DNA from: Gammaproteobacteria bacterium
GTDB taxonomy: Bacteria > Pseudomonadota > Gammaproteobacteria > Eutrophobiales > Eutrophobiaceae
Assembly (NCBI GenBank): GCA_965238225.1
Contig: OZ250183.1
Span: forward strand, 1,536,001 to 1,600,000
Length of the DNA stretch: 64,000 bases
Reading direction: 5' to 3'
Below the pieces are notes generated by a model. It was given only the letters and a program-made list of their open reading frames with translations. It ran no database searches and was not told the origin of the DNA. Shown one piece after another: positions 25,343 through 35,500 of this stretch. Numbering within the stretch: position 1 is the stretch's first letter; each line of letters begins with the position of its first letter. The position numbers and the translations under genes are program-made.

Positions 25343-27538
25343 ATGACACATACTGACGCAAAGATATATAAAGACAATTTATATCTTAAAGATAAGGATA
25401 TACTGATCGTTGATGATCATGCAGACAATCTAAAACTGATTCATTCGTTACTACTTAAAAGTGGTGCCAACATTCGTATGGCTAATAGTGGCAAAATGGC
25501 ACTACAGTCGGTTATATCCAAACAACCCGACCTCATCTTGCTTGATATCACTATGCCAAACATGGACGGCTTCGAGGTGTGTAAACAACTCAAAGCAGAT
25601 GGATTAACTGTAGATATACCCGTCATCTACCTTAGTGCATTGAAAGAAGAAATGGATATCGTGCGCGGCTTTGAAACTGGCGCTGTTGATTTTGTAAGCA
25701 AACCTTTTAACCCGTCAATACTACTTGCCCGTGTAACAGCCCATCTAAGAATTAGCAGTTTACAAAGAGATCTCTATCAATTAAATGAGAAATTGCAAGT
25801 TCGGGTAGAAGAACGAACGAAAAAAATAATAGAGACTAATACTGAACTGACAAAAAGTGAATCTCGACTTAAATACGCTCTATTAGCCTCCAATGAAGGT
25901 ATATGGGACTGGGACTTGCATGAAGATGTCATTTATTACAATAGCACTTTTTTCACTATGCTCGGTTATGATGCATTTGAATTTCCACATAAAACTGATT
26001 CATGGTTTTCTTTAATCCACCCAGATGACTATCAAACATGTCGGGAACATATTGACCTTTGTTTAGATAATAATGCATCTAAATTTAAAATAAAATACCG
26101 CATGCGCAAGAATAATGATGAGTATTGTTGGGTATCGTCTAAAGGGATGATTGTTGAAAGAAATTCATCTAACCTACCGATGAGAATAACAGGTACGCAC
26201 ACAGATATCGACAAGGAAGTAAATACACAGGAAAAACTGCGCCAGTTAGCAAGTTATGATCCTCTAACAAAACTCACCAACCGTTCCCTGTTCCTTGACA
26301 TAGTCAAACAGGCTGTTTCTCGATCCCAACGAAATAATAGTCGTCATGCTGTTTTATTTATGGACTTGGATCGTTTTAAAAAAATTAATGATTCTCTAGG
26401 GCATACTGTTGGAGATCAGTTATTAATCGAGGTCAGTAACATTTTATCAAATACGCTCCGTGATAGCGATATCATCTCCAGATTCGGCGGCGATGAATTT
26501 ACCATCCTGTTGCAGGATATCTCGAACATCCGTCAAATCACAGAAACTGCCACACGTATTCTACATGAATTAAGTAAGCCAATTAATCTTCAGAATCACC
26601 AAGTGGTTGCCTCAACCAGTATCGGTATTGCACTTTGTCCTGACAATGGTACGCGATCGACTGATCTATTAAAGAACGCTGATACTGCCATGTACCATGC
26701 CAAAAATAACGGCGGCAATAATTACTGGTTTTTTAATGAAGAAATGAACCAAGCTGCGCATGATAGCCTAAATATGGAAGAATCATTAAGAAACGCAATC
26801 AAACATAAAGAAATTACCCTGCATTACCAACCGCAGGTAGATGCAAATACAGGCAAGATTGTCAGCATGGAGGCATTATGCCGTTGGTTCCAGCGGGATG
26901 GGGGATCGATTTCCCCGGAAAAATTTATTCCTGTCGCCGAGGAAACCGGACTTATCCTGCCAATAGGAGATATTATTTTTGATCAGGCTTGTGGGAGCGC
27001 AAAACATTGGTTAAATGATAATTTAATGCCCAAAAAAATCTCTATAAACATTTCAGCATCTCAGTTTAAGAAAAAAGATTTACTTGACATTGTATTGCGT
27101 AACCTCAATACACATAAATTGCGTCCAGAGTACCTAGAACTTGAAATAACTGAAGCCATAATAATGGACTCCACGGAAGATTCCATTAATACCATGAAAA
27201 AATTTAAAGACCATGGCATAACTTTGGCAATTGACGATTTTGGTACAGGCTATTCTTCCCTTAGTTACCTAAGAGAATTTCCTATCGACACATTAAAAAT
27301 AGACATGTCTTTCGTTAAAAATATGCAACACTCTGATGTAGATAGAAGTATTGTACAAACGATCATTGACTTGGCACATAACCTAAAGTTTCAGGTGGTT
27401 GCTGAAGGTGTTGAAACACAAGAGCAATCACGAGAACTGGCTGATATGGGTTGTGATATTTTTCAAGGTTATTTGTTTAGTAAGCCAGTTGCTAAAAATG
27501 AAATGAAGAAATTATTAAAAAAAGAAGTACTTCACTAA
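25343..27538 (+). CDS. Response-regulator diguanylate cyclase/phosphodiesterase (REC-PAS-GGDEF-EAL)
   Basis: REC LLDITMP, PAS IHPDD, intact GGDEF, EAL and DDFGTGYSS. Confidence 0.95.
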   Translation: MTHTDAKIYKDNLYLKDKDILIVDDHADNLKLIHSLLLKSGANIRMANSGKMALQSVISKQPDLILLDITMPNMDGFEVCKQLKADGLTVDIPVIYLSALKEEMDIVRGFETGAVDFVSKPFNPSILLARVTAHLRISSLQRDLYQLNEKLQVRVEERTKKIIETNTELTKSESRLKYALLASNEGIWDWDLHEDVIYYNSTFFTMLGYDAFEFPHKTDSWFSLIHPDDYQTCREHIDLCLDNNASKFKIKYRMRKNNDEYCWVSSKGMIVERNSSNLPMRITGTHTDIDKEVNTQEKLRQLASYDPLTKLTNRSLFLDIVKQAVSRSQRNNSRHAVLFMDLDRFKKINDSLGHTVGDQLLIEVSNILSNTLRDSDIISRFGGDEFTILLQDISNIRQITETATRILHELSKPINLQNHQVVASTSIGIALCPDNGTRSTDLLKNADTAMYHAKNNGGNNYWFFNEEMNQAAHDSLNMEESLRNAIKHKEITLHYQPQVDANTGKIVSMEALCRWFQRDGGSISPEKFIPVAEETGLILPIGDIIFDQACGSAKHWLNDNLMPKKISINISASQFKKKDLLDIVLRNLNTHKLRPEYLELEITEAIIMDSTEDSINTMKKFKDHGITLAIDDFGTGYSSLSYLREFPIDTLKIDMSFVKNMQHSDVDRSIVQTIIDLAHNLKFQVVAEGVETQEQSRELADMGCDIFQGYLFSKPVAKNEMKKLLKKEVLH

Positions 27539-27609
27539 TATTTAATTAACACTGGAAAAGTTTAAATACTTACAAACCCTTAAATATTTACAATCACCAA
27601 GGATCGCTT

Positions 27610-28488
27610 TCATTTTATCCTGCTTAAAATCCCGTCTAATTCATCCAGTGAATTATAGCTTATCTCTAACGTGCCCTTGCCACTCTTGCCATGCTTGACG
27701 GTCACCGCCGCCCCCAAGCGATCAGATAAATCTTCTTGCAATCTTTTCAGGTTTGGATCCAGTTTTGATGGGGTGGAAAGTTTTTTACTGTCTCTTGATA
27801 TCCAATTTTTGCCTTTCAGCCTCTTCACTAGCTGTTCCGTTGCCCTAACAGACAAACCTTGACTTACAACTTTGCCTGCGACTTCTGCCTGCTTAGTGAT
27901 ATCCAAAGCCAAAATCGCCCGACCATGACCCATCTCAATCTTTTTAGATTCTAGGAATTGTTGCACATCCACATGGAGATCCATTAATCGAAGTAGATTG
28001 GATACTGATGATCGCGACCTACCAACTGCTTTGGCGACAGCATCATGAGTCATTTCAAATTCCCGTAATAAGCGAGAGAGCGCGCGCGCTTCGTCCACTG
28101 GATTTAGGTCTTCACGCTGAATATTTTCAACCAGAGCCAAACACATCGCGGTCTCGTCCGGGGCATCTTTAATAATTACAGGGATTTCATGCAAGCCTGC
28201 TAATTGTGTGGCTCGCCAACGGCGTTCCCCAGCAATGATTTCGTAGGTATCAACGCCCGCTGATGGTCGAACAATGATAGGCTGGATTACACCCTGATTT
28301 TTTATTGAGTTGGCCAGTTCTTCAAGTGCCTTGGAATCCATTTTCATGCGCGGTTGATATTGGCCACAGACAACCTTATCCACGGGCAATGTCTGTAATT
28401 TTGCATGTAGATTTGATGCAACACTTTCGGTATCACCTCTTGGATACAGTAACGCATCCAACCCCCTTCCAAGACCTCTTTTTTTCAT
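27610..28488 (-). CDS. parB: Chromosome partitioning protein ParB
   Basis: RGLGRGLDAL, GERRWRA, ENIQREDL. Confidence 0.97.
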   Translation of the reverse strand: MKKRGLGRGLDALLYPRGDTESVASNLHAKLQTLPVDKVVCGQYQPRMKMDSKALEELANSIKNQGVIQPIIVRPSAGVDTYEIIAGERRWRATQLAGLHEIPVIIKDAPDETAMCLALVENIQREDLNPVDEARALSRLLREFEMTHDAVAKAVGRSRSSVSNLLRLMDLHVDVQQFLESKKIEMGHGRAILALDITKQAEVAGKVVSQGLSVRATEQLVKRLKGKNWISRDSKKLSTPSKLDPNLKRLQEDLSDRLGAAVTVKHGKSGKGTLEISYNSLDELDGILSRIK

Positions 28489-28525
28489 CTGGCCAATAAT
28501 TCCTTAGTAGAACAGATAAAAACCG

Positions 28526-29299
28526 TCAGGCAGAAACGTTCTCACGTCTAAGCATTTCACCTGCCAGTGCAAGATATGCCAAAGAACCGCGTGAAGCTTT
28601 ATCGTATTTTATAACTGGTAAGCCATGGCTCGGTGCCTCAGCCAGCCTGACATTTCTGGGAATGATGGTGCGATAAACCTTCTCACCAAAATGCTCTAAT
28701 AATTGAGCAGATACCTGAAAAGCTAAATTATTCCGTGGGTCATACATGGTACGCAATAGGCCTTCAATCTTGAGTTCAGGGTTCAAATATTTACGGATCT
28801 TTTCAATACTGCCAAGCAGAGCCGATAAACCCTCAAGCGCATAATATTCACACTGCATAGGAATAATTACTGAGGTTGCGGCTACCAATGCATTGACTGT
28901 CAACATGTTTAAAGAAGGCGGGCAATCTATAAATATAAAGTCATAGTTCTCTTTAATCTCATTAAGGGCATTTTGTAATCGTATTTCTCTGGCCAATTCA
29001 TCAAGCAACCCTACCTCTGCTCCAGTTAAATCAGCATTCGCCGGCAGTAAATCGTAACCCCCCTCGTCAGATTTCGTCAGTACATCATTAATGGTTTTCT
29101 CGCCCATCAAGACATCGTATGAAGAAAGCTCAATATCCATCTTATTCACGCCACTGCCCATAGTAGCATTCCCCTGCGGATCCAAATCTACAAGCAGCAC
29201 GCGGCGGGCGGTAGCAGCCAATGATGCAGCAATATTGACACTGGTCGTGGTTTTACCAACACCACCTTTCTGATTTGCTATGGCTATGATCTTGGTCAT
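28526..29299 (-). CDS. parA: Chromosome partitioning ATPase ParA/Soj
   Basis: NQKGGVGKTT, DLDPQGN, RNVRLAEAPSHG. Confidence 0.97.
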   Translation of the reverse strand: MTKIIAIANQKGGVGKTTTSVNIAASLAATARRVLLVDLDPQGNATMGSGVNKMDIELSSYDVLMGEKTINDVLTKSDEGGYDLLPANADLTGAEVGLLDELAREIRLQNALNEIKENYDFIFIDCPPSLNMLTVNALVAATSVIIPMQCEYYALEGLSALLGSIEKIRKYLNPELKIEGLLRTMYDPRNNLAFQVSAQLLEHFGEKVYRTIIPRNVRLAEAPSHGLPVIKYDKASRGSLAYLALAGEMLRRENVSA

Positions 29300-29433
29300 G
29301 ACTGTTTATTATCTTTACCTACCGTATCTCGTACAATTAGTCTTTATTATTGATGTAGAATTTGATGGAGTATTATGGCACAGCCAGTGCAAAAGTACCG
29401 CCACAAGTTTATCCGTATTTAAGTGCTTCTCAA

Positions 29434-30066
29434 TCAACTCTTGGGCATGATCTGCACTAGGTTTCTCGTCCCCGTAACGCCCGGGATAGATAATGAGGTG
29501 ACTTTTGTAACAACATCTTTAGCAATTAAATCTGCGAGTTCGTTTTCTAAAACAGAACCTTTCATTGCCAACAAACAACCTCCCGGCTCAAGCAGATGAT
29601 GGCTGCAAGCATAAAAACCAGCTAATGAAGTAAAGGCGCGTGAAACAATCGTAGAAAAACATTGTTCTGTTTGATATTTCTCAATACGTGAATAAATAAT
29701 TTTTACATTTTTTAAATTTAATGTGATGACTGCCTGTTGCACAAACCGTGTTTTCTTATTGTTTCCATCCAGCAAAAACCAATGCGTATCAGGCATAGCC
29801 AGCGCCAAAATAATACCAGGCAACCCAGCGCCCGTACCAACATCTAGGCAAACCCCTTTTTGGATAAAAGGCAAAATAGAGAGGCTATCCATGACATGAT
29901 AGGCAAGCATCTTTTGTGGATCGCGAATGGCTGTTAGATTATAGGCCAAGCTCCACTGAGTCAGTAAATCTATATAAGAGAGGTACGCCTGTAAAGGCAG
30001 TCGAGCAGCCGACAAGCCCATGTCTTTAAGCCCTTGTTGAAGCTGAACCAATAAGGTATCAGACAT
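29434..30066 (-). CDS. rsmG: 16S rRNA m7G527 methyltransferase (GidB)
   Basis: NLTAIR, DVGTGAGLPG, SRAF. Confidence 0.96.
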   Translation of the reverse strand: MSDTLLVQLQQGLKDMGLSAARLPLQAYLSYIDLLTQWSLAYNLTAIRDPQKMLAYHVMDSLSILPFIQKGVCLDVGTGAGLPGIILALAMPDTHWFLLDGNNKKTRFVQQAVITLNLKNVKIIYSRIEKYQTEQCFSTIVSRAFTSLAGFYACSHHLLEPGGCLLAMKGSVLENELADLIAKDVVTKVTSLSIPGVTGTRNLVQIMPKS

Positions 30067-30167
30067 TACAGCAGTACATTTTTTATCTAAGACCAGCTTT
30101 CAATAAAATATCTTGAAACTTGCGTAGTTCTTTGTTTTAAAAAAACTGGCATACAGTACATCTTCTA

Positions 30168-32063
30168 TTAAGCGCTTTCCTTGAACTGAAACTGACTCTT
30201 TTTGAGATAAATACGAAGTAATGAAATAGCTGCTGGCGTCATCCCGGGGATGCGCGAGGCATGACCAAGACTATGGGGTTTATACTGACTCAATTTTTGT
30301 ATCACTTCGTTAGAGAGACCATGCACCTTTGCAAAATCAATATTACGAGGAAGCGTCGCTTCCTCGTAACTCAAATTACGCGCAATCTCATTTTCTTGGC
30401 GAGAGAGATAACCATCGTATTTAGCCTGAATCTCGATTTGTTGGATGACAGTATCAGAAATTTCACTGCTATCAAAGTCAGTTAATGTCACTAGATTTTT
30501 ATAGTCTACTTCCGGACGACTCAATAATTGCATCAGACTATATTCTCTTTGTAGTGGCTGACCGAGTACACGGATAGCCTCTTCTGCTGTTGTGGTTTCT
30601 GGTTTTAACCATGTTTTTTCAAGACGCTGTTGCCACTTAATAATCGCCTCACGCTTGTCAGAAAACTTCTGCCAGCGCAGAGAGTCAATTAAACCATGCC
30701 GACGACCAATCTCGGTTAAACGTAAATCTGCATTGTCTTCACGTAACAATAACCGATATTCGGCTCGACTGGTGAACATTCGATAAGGCTCGCTGGTGCC
30801 GCGTGTGATGAGATCATCAATCAGTACGCCGATATAGGCCTGATCACGTCGTGGGCTCCAAGGTGACTTACCCTGCGCCAACAATCCGGCATTCATGCCC
30901 GCTATGAGGCCTTGTACCGCAGCTTCTTCGTAGCCTGTCGTACCATTAATTTGCCCAGCAAAAAAGAGACCAGATAAATGTTTGGTCTCTAGCCACGGAT
31001 GCAAATCTCTGGGGTCAAAAAAATCATATTCGATGGCATAACCCGGTCGCGTAATATGCGCATTCTCAAACCCCTTGATAGAACGCACCATTTCATACTG
31101 CACGTCAAAAGGTAAACTGGTAGAGATGCCATTGGGATAAACTTCGTCCGTGTTCAAACCTTCTGGTTCGATAAATATTTGATGTGATGTTTTATCAATA
31201 AAACGTACTACCTTATCTTCAACAGAAGGACAATAACGTGGTCCTGTACCTGCAATATTGCCATTGAACATGGGTGAACGATCCAACCCCTGACGAATAA
31301 TCTCATGGGTCTTCTCATTGGTATGGGTAATATGACACGATACCTGTTTTGGATGTTCAGAAGCCGCACCTATGTAAGAAAACACAGGCACAGGGCTGTC
31401 GCTAACTTGTTCCTTTAATTTTCTGTAATCAATGGTTTTACCATCGATTCTCGGTGGCGTACCTGTTTTTAATCGTGCGACTCGAAAAGGCATCTCCCGT
31501 AAACGATTTGCCAGCGCATTTGCTGGGGGATCTCCAGCTCGACCTCCAGAAGACTGTCCAGTACCCACATGGATTTTGCCTGCCAGAAAAGTTCCTACTG
31601 TCAAAACGGTGTTCTTTGCCCAAAACTGCAGACCCGATTGCGTCACCACACCAACAACGCAATCACCTTTAATAATCAAATCATCAACGGCCTCTTGAAA
31701 AATCAACAGATTTTCCTGAGATTCTAGAAATGTCCGGACGACCTCGCGATACAGGGCACGATCAATTTGTGCCCTTGTTGCCCTGACCGCAGGACCCTTG
31801 CTGGCATTGAGTATGCGGTATTGAATACCGCTTTTATCTGCGGCATGAGCCATCAAACCGCCCAGCGCATCGATCTCTTTGACCAAATGCCCTTTACCAA
31901 TCCCACCAATCGCTGGATTACAAGACATCTGTCCCAAAGTATCAATACTATGAGTCAATAATAAGGTACTTGCGCCCATGCGGGCAGATGCCAAAGCGGC
32001 TTCGGTACCTGCATGACCGCCACCGACAACGAGACTATCAAATATCTTGGAGTTATAAGCCAT
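30168..32063 (-). CDS. mnmG: tRNA uridine-5-carboxymethylaminomethyl modification enzyme (GidA)
   Basis: [38 protein letters not shown]. Confidence 0.98.
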   Translation of the reverse strand: MAYNSKIFDSLVVGGGHAGTEAALASARMGASTLLLTHSIDTLGQMSCNPAIGGIGKGHLVKEIDALGGLMAHAADKSGIQYRILNASKGPAVRATRAQIDRALYREVVRTFLESQENLLIFQEAVDDLIIKGDCVVGVVTQSGLQFWAKNTVLTVGTFLAGKIHVGTGQSSGGRAGDPPANALANRLREMPFRVARLKTGTPPRIDGKTIDYRKLKEQVSDSPVPVFSYIGAASEHPKQVSCHITHTNEKTHEIIRQGLDRSPMFNGNIAGTGPRYCPSVEDKVVRFIDKTSHQIFIEPEGLNTDEVYPNGISTSLPFDVQYEMVRSIKGFENAHITRPGYAIEYDFFDPRDLHPWLETKHLSGLFFAGQINGTTGYEEAAVQGLIAGMNAGLLAQGKSPWSPRRDQAYIGVLIDDLITRGTSEPYRMFTSRAEYRLLLREDNADLRLTEIGRRHGLIDSLRWQKFSDKREAIIKWQQRLEKTWLKPETTTAEEAIRVLGQPLQREYSLMQLLSRPEVDYKNLVTLTDFDSSEISDTVIQQIEIQAKYDGYLSRQENEIARNLSYEEATLPRNIDFAKVHGLSNEVIQKLSQYKPHSLGHASRIPGMTPAAISLLRIYLKKSQFQFKESA

Positions 32064-32305
32064 AAGGTGTGCGTATTGTAACGACAGATGCTCAATATGT
32101 AATCCTATTTAAAATCAAGTCGCCATTTTTTGATTTTGCTCTTGCTTTGTTGGTCTTTTGTTCTGATAATTTGGCTTGTTTTTTGGTTTTGATAATAAAA
32201 TCCCTTTTATTGCCTTAGTGATTATTTAATTAGTTTTAACACTTTCTATCATATATTCTACTTTTCTCTATTTGCAAAAATATTTTTCATTACTTTCTTT
32301 CATTA

Positions 32306-32566
32306 ATTTTAAATAATTTCAAGTGTTCTTTTAAACTGTGCTGCATCCTAAGATTCTCTAGATCATTGTTTTAGCATTGTTTTAAACCTTTAGTCTCGTT
32401 TTAGTTACAATAAAGTTCCAAGTTCCTAAAAAATTAAAGGGGGGCTGTCCTAAATAAGCGGGTTATAGTTACCTTAAGACATTGTTTTAATTGCTTGTAT
32501 GTGACAGCCCTTAAATTACTTTTTTTATTCTGACGAAGGAGGACGCTGCCATACACGAATATAGTC
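32306..32566. repeat. Direct repeat copy A: last ~14 codons of the giant gene plus ~220 bp of 3' flank
   Basis: Aligns by eye with 40875-41134 (attttaaataatttcaagtg...ggttatagttaccttaag...ggaggacgctgccatacacgaatatagtc), with small indels. Confidence 0.92.
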
Positions 32567-35500
32567 CCATTTACTGTTGACCTCGTTGATGAGAGAATCA
32601 TTGCTATACTTGGCAGTGCTGGCAATAATGTTCATCGGGCTGTCATAAACACCCGTAGTATACTCCGACATATTGTAAGTCACGCCAATGTGCTCGCCGT
32701 CGTGAAAAGCCTTTAGGTGCTCTCCAGTCCATTCTACCGCATAAACATGGTAATTCTCTGCAATGTTTGACAGCGCTCCATTCACCGCTAATAGACCTGA
32801 AGTCTTCGCATACCCTGCAGCGTATTCTGTCTCTCCAGGAGGTACAGGCCATACATGGTGCCTGTACGTCGCTACTTCGTGAGGTTGATTAAAGGGCAGA
32901 CCGATCTCCGCAATATCAATCTCATTCCAATAAGATTTGCCATCATAATTACCATTAGCCGACAGCCAGAACGCTGTCGTTGTAAAACTGTTAGTATTGG
33001 CCGCTTTAAGTCTTGCTTCAACGTAACCACACTCAATTTTACCAAGACTGCGCATCGCCGAGGCTTTATTGATGGTGAAAAATCTAGGATTTCCACCTTC
33101 AAAACCGGGGTTTTTCACATAATTGGTCGTACCGCCCACAGGGGTCACGGAGAAATCATCAAATCGGACAATAGATCCGGGATCTACCTCAACTTCCATA
33201 GCAATTGTTAATTCACCGTTAGTAACAACAACATTGTCAATCCTATATTCAATAAAGGATGTCGAATTGTGAATGGTTTTCGTTATCTCATTGTTGTCAT
33301 CAAGGGTTACTGTTACTTCTGCAGATGTTACATGGCCTCCTCCAGCCCATGCCCAGAAACTCACATTATATGTGCCGTTGGGGACTTCAACTTTCTGGCT
33401 AAAACGATTATGACTATAGTATTCTTCTGCGTAATGACCAAACAAGAAACTACCCTGACCTGTATGGTGGTATAGAGTCGTCGCCCGGGTGGAAGGCGGC
33501 TGCGAACCGTCAAATCCTGAAATACCTATTCCATTGAGTTCGAGATCAGCAATATGTCTCGTCCAGCCAAAAGATGAGGCACGGGCGTAAATGATATGTT
33601 TCTCGTATGCGGCTCTGCTTGTCAGGACACCGTCACCAACACTCAAATAATAACTGGGATCGTATGGAATGCTGGGCTCTTTTAGAATATGCCGAATATT
33701 TTGTGTCCATTTTGTTGTATCTAGGGCATCGCCATCAAATTCATCACTAAAGCTCGGCTTATATACCCAAGTCCCACTCGGACCGTTAACGCCGTCTAAA
33801 TTATAGGGCGTTGGGTCTTCTGCTTGGACGTTACCTTCCGTGCTAGAAGCTTCACTAGCACAAACGCCTTGACGATTCTCCACTTGTATCCTGCCAGATG
33901 ATGATGTGGGTTCGGCAATAATTTCATTGCCTGCTAAGTCCGTGGCTTGACTTAAGGTAAATACTTGTGTGTCAACACTATCGGCCACTGTCCAGAAATA
34001 GTGATATACGTTTGGACTGACTCTTGTCATATTAACTGTAATGATCTGTGCACCAACACCTGAGAGTCGTACAGGTTGTACAGCAGGGCTTTGTGCCATG
34101 TCCTCACTAAACTCGGCACGGATTCTATATGTATTCCTTGGGTATAATTTAGTCTCAGGATCATCGCTCATGGGCGGGTTAGCATCAGCATCGTATAAGT
34201 AATAAGAGAGCTCGGCTGTGGGTCGTATGGTCTCTTTGGCTACTGTAATGGTGCCACCAGATGTGGGTGTGCCAATCACTTCATTACCTGCTAAGTTTAT
34301 GCCGTCGCTTAGTGTGAATGTTTGTTCGCCAAGACCTGTGCCCACTGTCCAGTCATAGGTGTAGGTTCTTGCACTCACTCTTGTCATGCCGTTTATGTCA
34401 ATGTTATTGGCACCTGTGCCTGAGATTTGTACAGCAGGGCTTTGTGCCATGTCCTTATCGAAGGTGGCAGTGACCCGTACTTCATCCCCTGCTTGTACTT
34501 GATCCGCAAGAGCATCGTCATTTATGTGATAATAATGGAGGCTGGCTGTGGGAGGAGATAAGGTCACGTAAATGCTGGTAGATGTAGGTGTTATTACATT
34601 GCCTGATAAGTCTGTACCTTGGCTTAGTGTAAATATTTGTGTGCCATCACCTGTGCCTACTGTCCAAAAATAGTAATAGGTTGTTGCATTGAATTTTGTC
34701 ATATTGGTGGCAGCAATGGGATTTACACCAATACCTGTGATTTGCATGGGAGGACTATCTGTCATGTCCTCACTGAATTTAGCATGGACAATTATCTCAT
34801 CTCCTTCTTCTACTTGGGTGACAACGACACTAGTGTCATTAATGGTTTTAAGATATCCGATTGTAGCAGTGGGTGCTGTGTTGTCTACGGTAATAGTGGT
34901 AGATGTAGGTTCTATTACATTGCCTACTAAGTCTGTACCTTGGCTTAGTGTGAATGTTTGTGTGCCATCACCTGTGCCTGGTATCCATCTATAGGTGTAG
35001 GTTGTTGCATTGAATCTTGTCATGTTGGTGGCAGCAATGGGATTTACGCCAGTACCTGTAATTTGCATGGCAGGCGTATCTGCTATGTCCTCACTGAATT
35101 TAGCATGGACGATGACGGTATCCCCTGCTTTTACTGCAGGTATACGATAATTAGCTCCTATACGATAACTCATGCCGTTTACTCTTAGCCAAGAACGGAC
35201 ATCGGCTGTAGGGGCTGTGGTATCTTTTATGGTAAGTTCGTTTGTTGTAGTGTCTGCACTGGCGTTGCCCGCTGCATCAGTGACTGTTGCAGTGATGTCG
35301 TAAGTGCCATCAACAAGTGTATTGGCTGTAAAGTGCCATGTGCCATCCGTAGCAACAATAGGTGTATAGGTTTCACCATTTAAGGCAACAGAGAGTGTCT
35401 CACCTGTAAGAAGTGAGTTACCTATACCTATTGTGCCTGTGATTTGTGGTATTGAGTCGTTGCTGGTTAGTGTATTGACTGTGGGGGTAGTAGCAGGGGC

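Noticed and set aside
32064-32520. oriC upstream of mnmG
   Set aside because: AT-rich, but no DnaA-box (TTATCCACA) cluster seen; half of it is the adhesin 3' repeat
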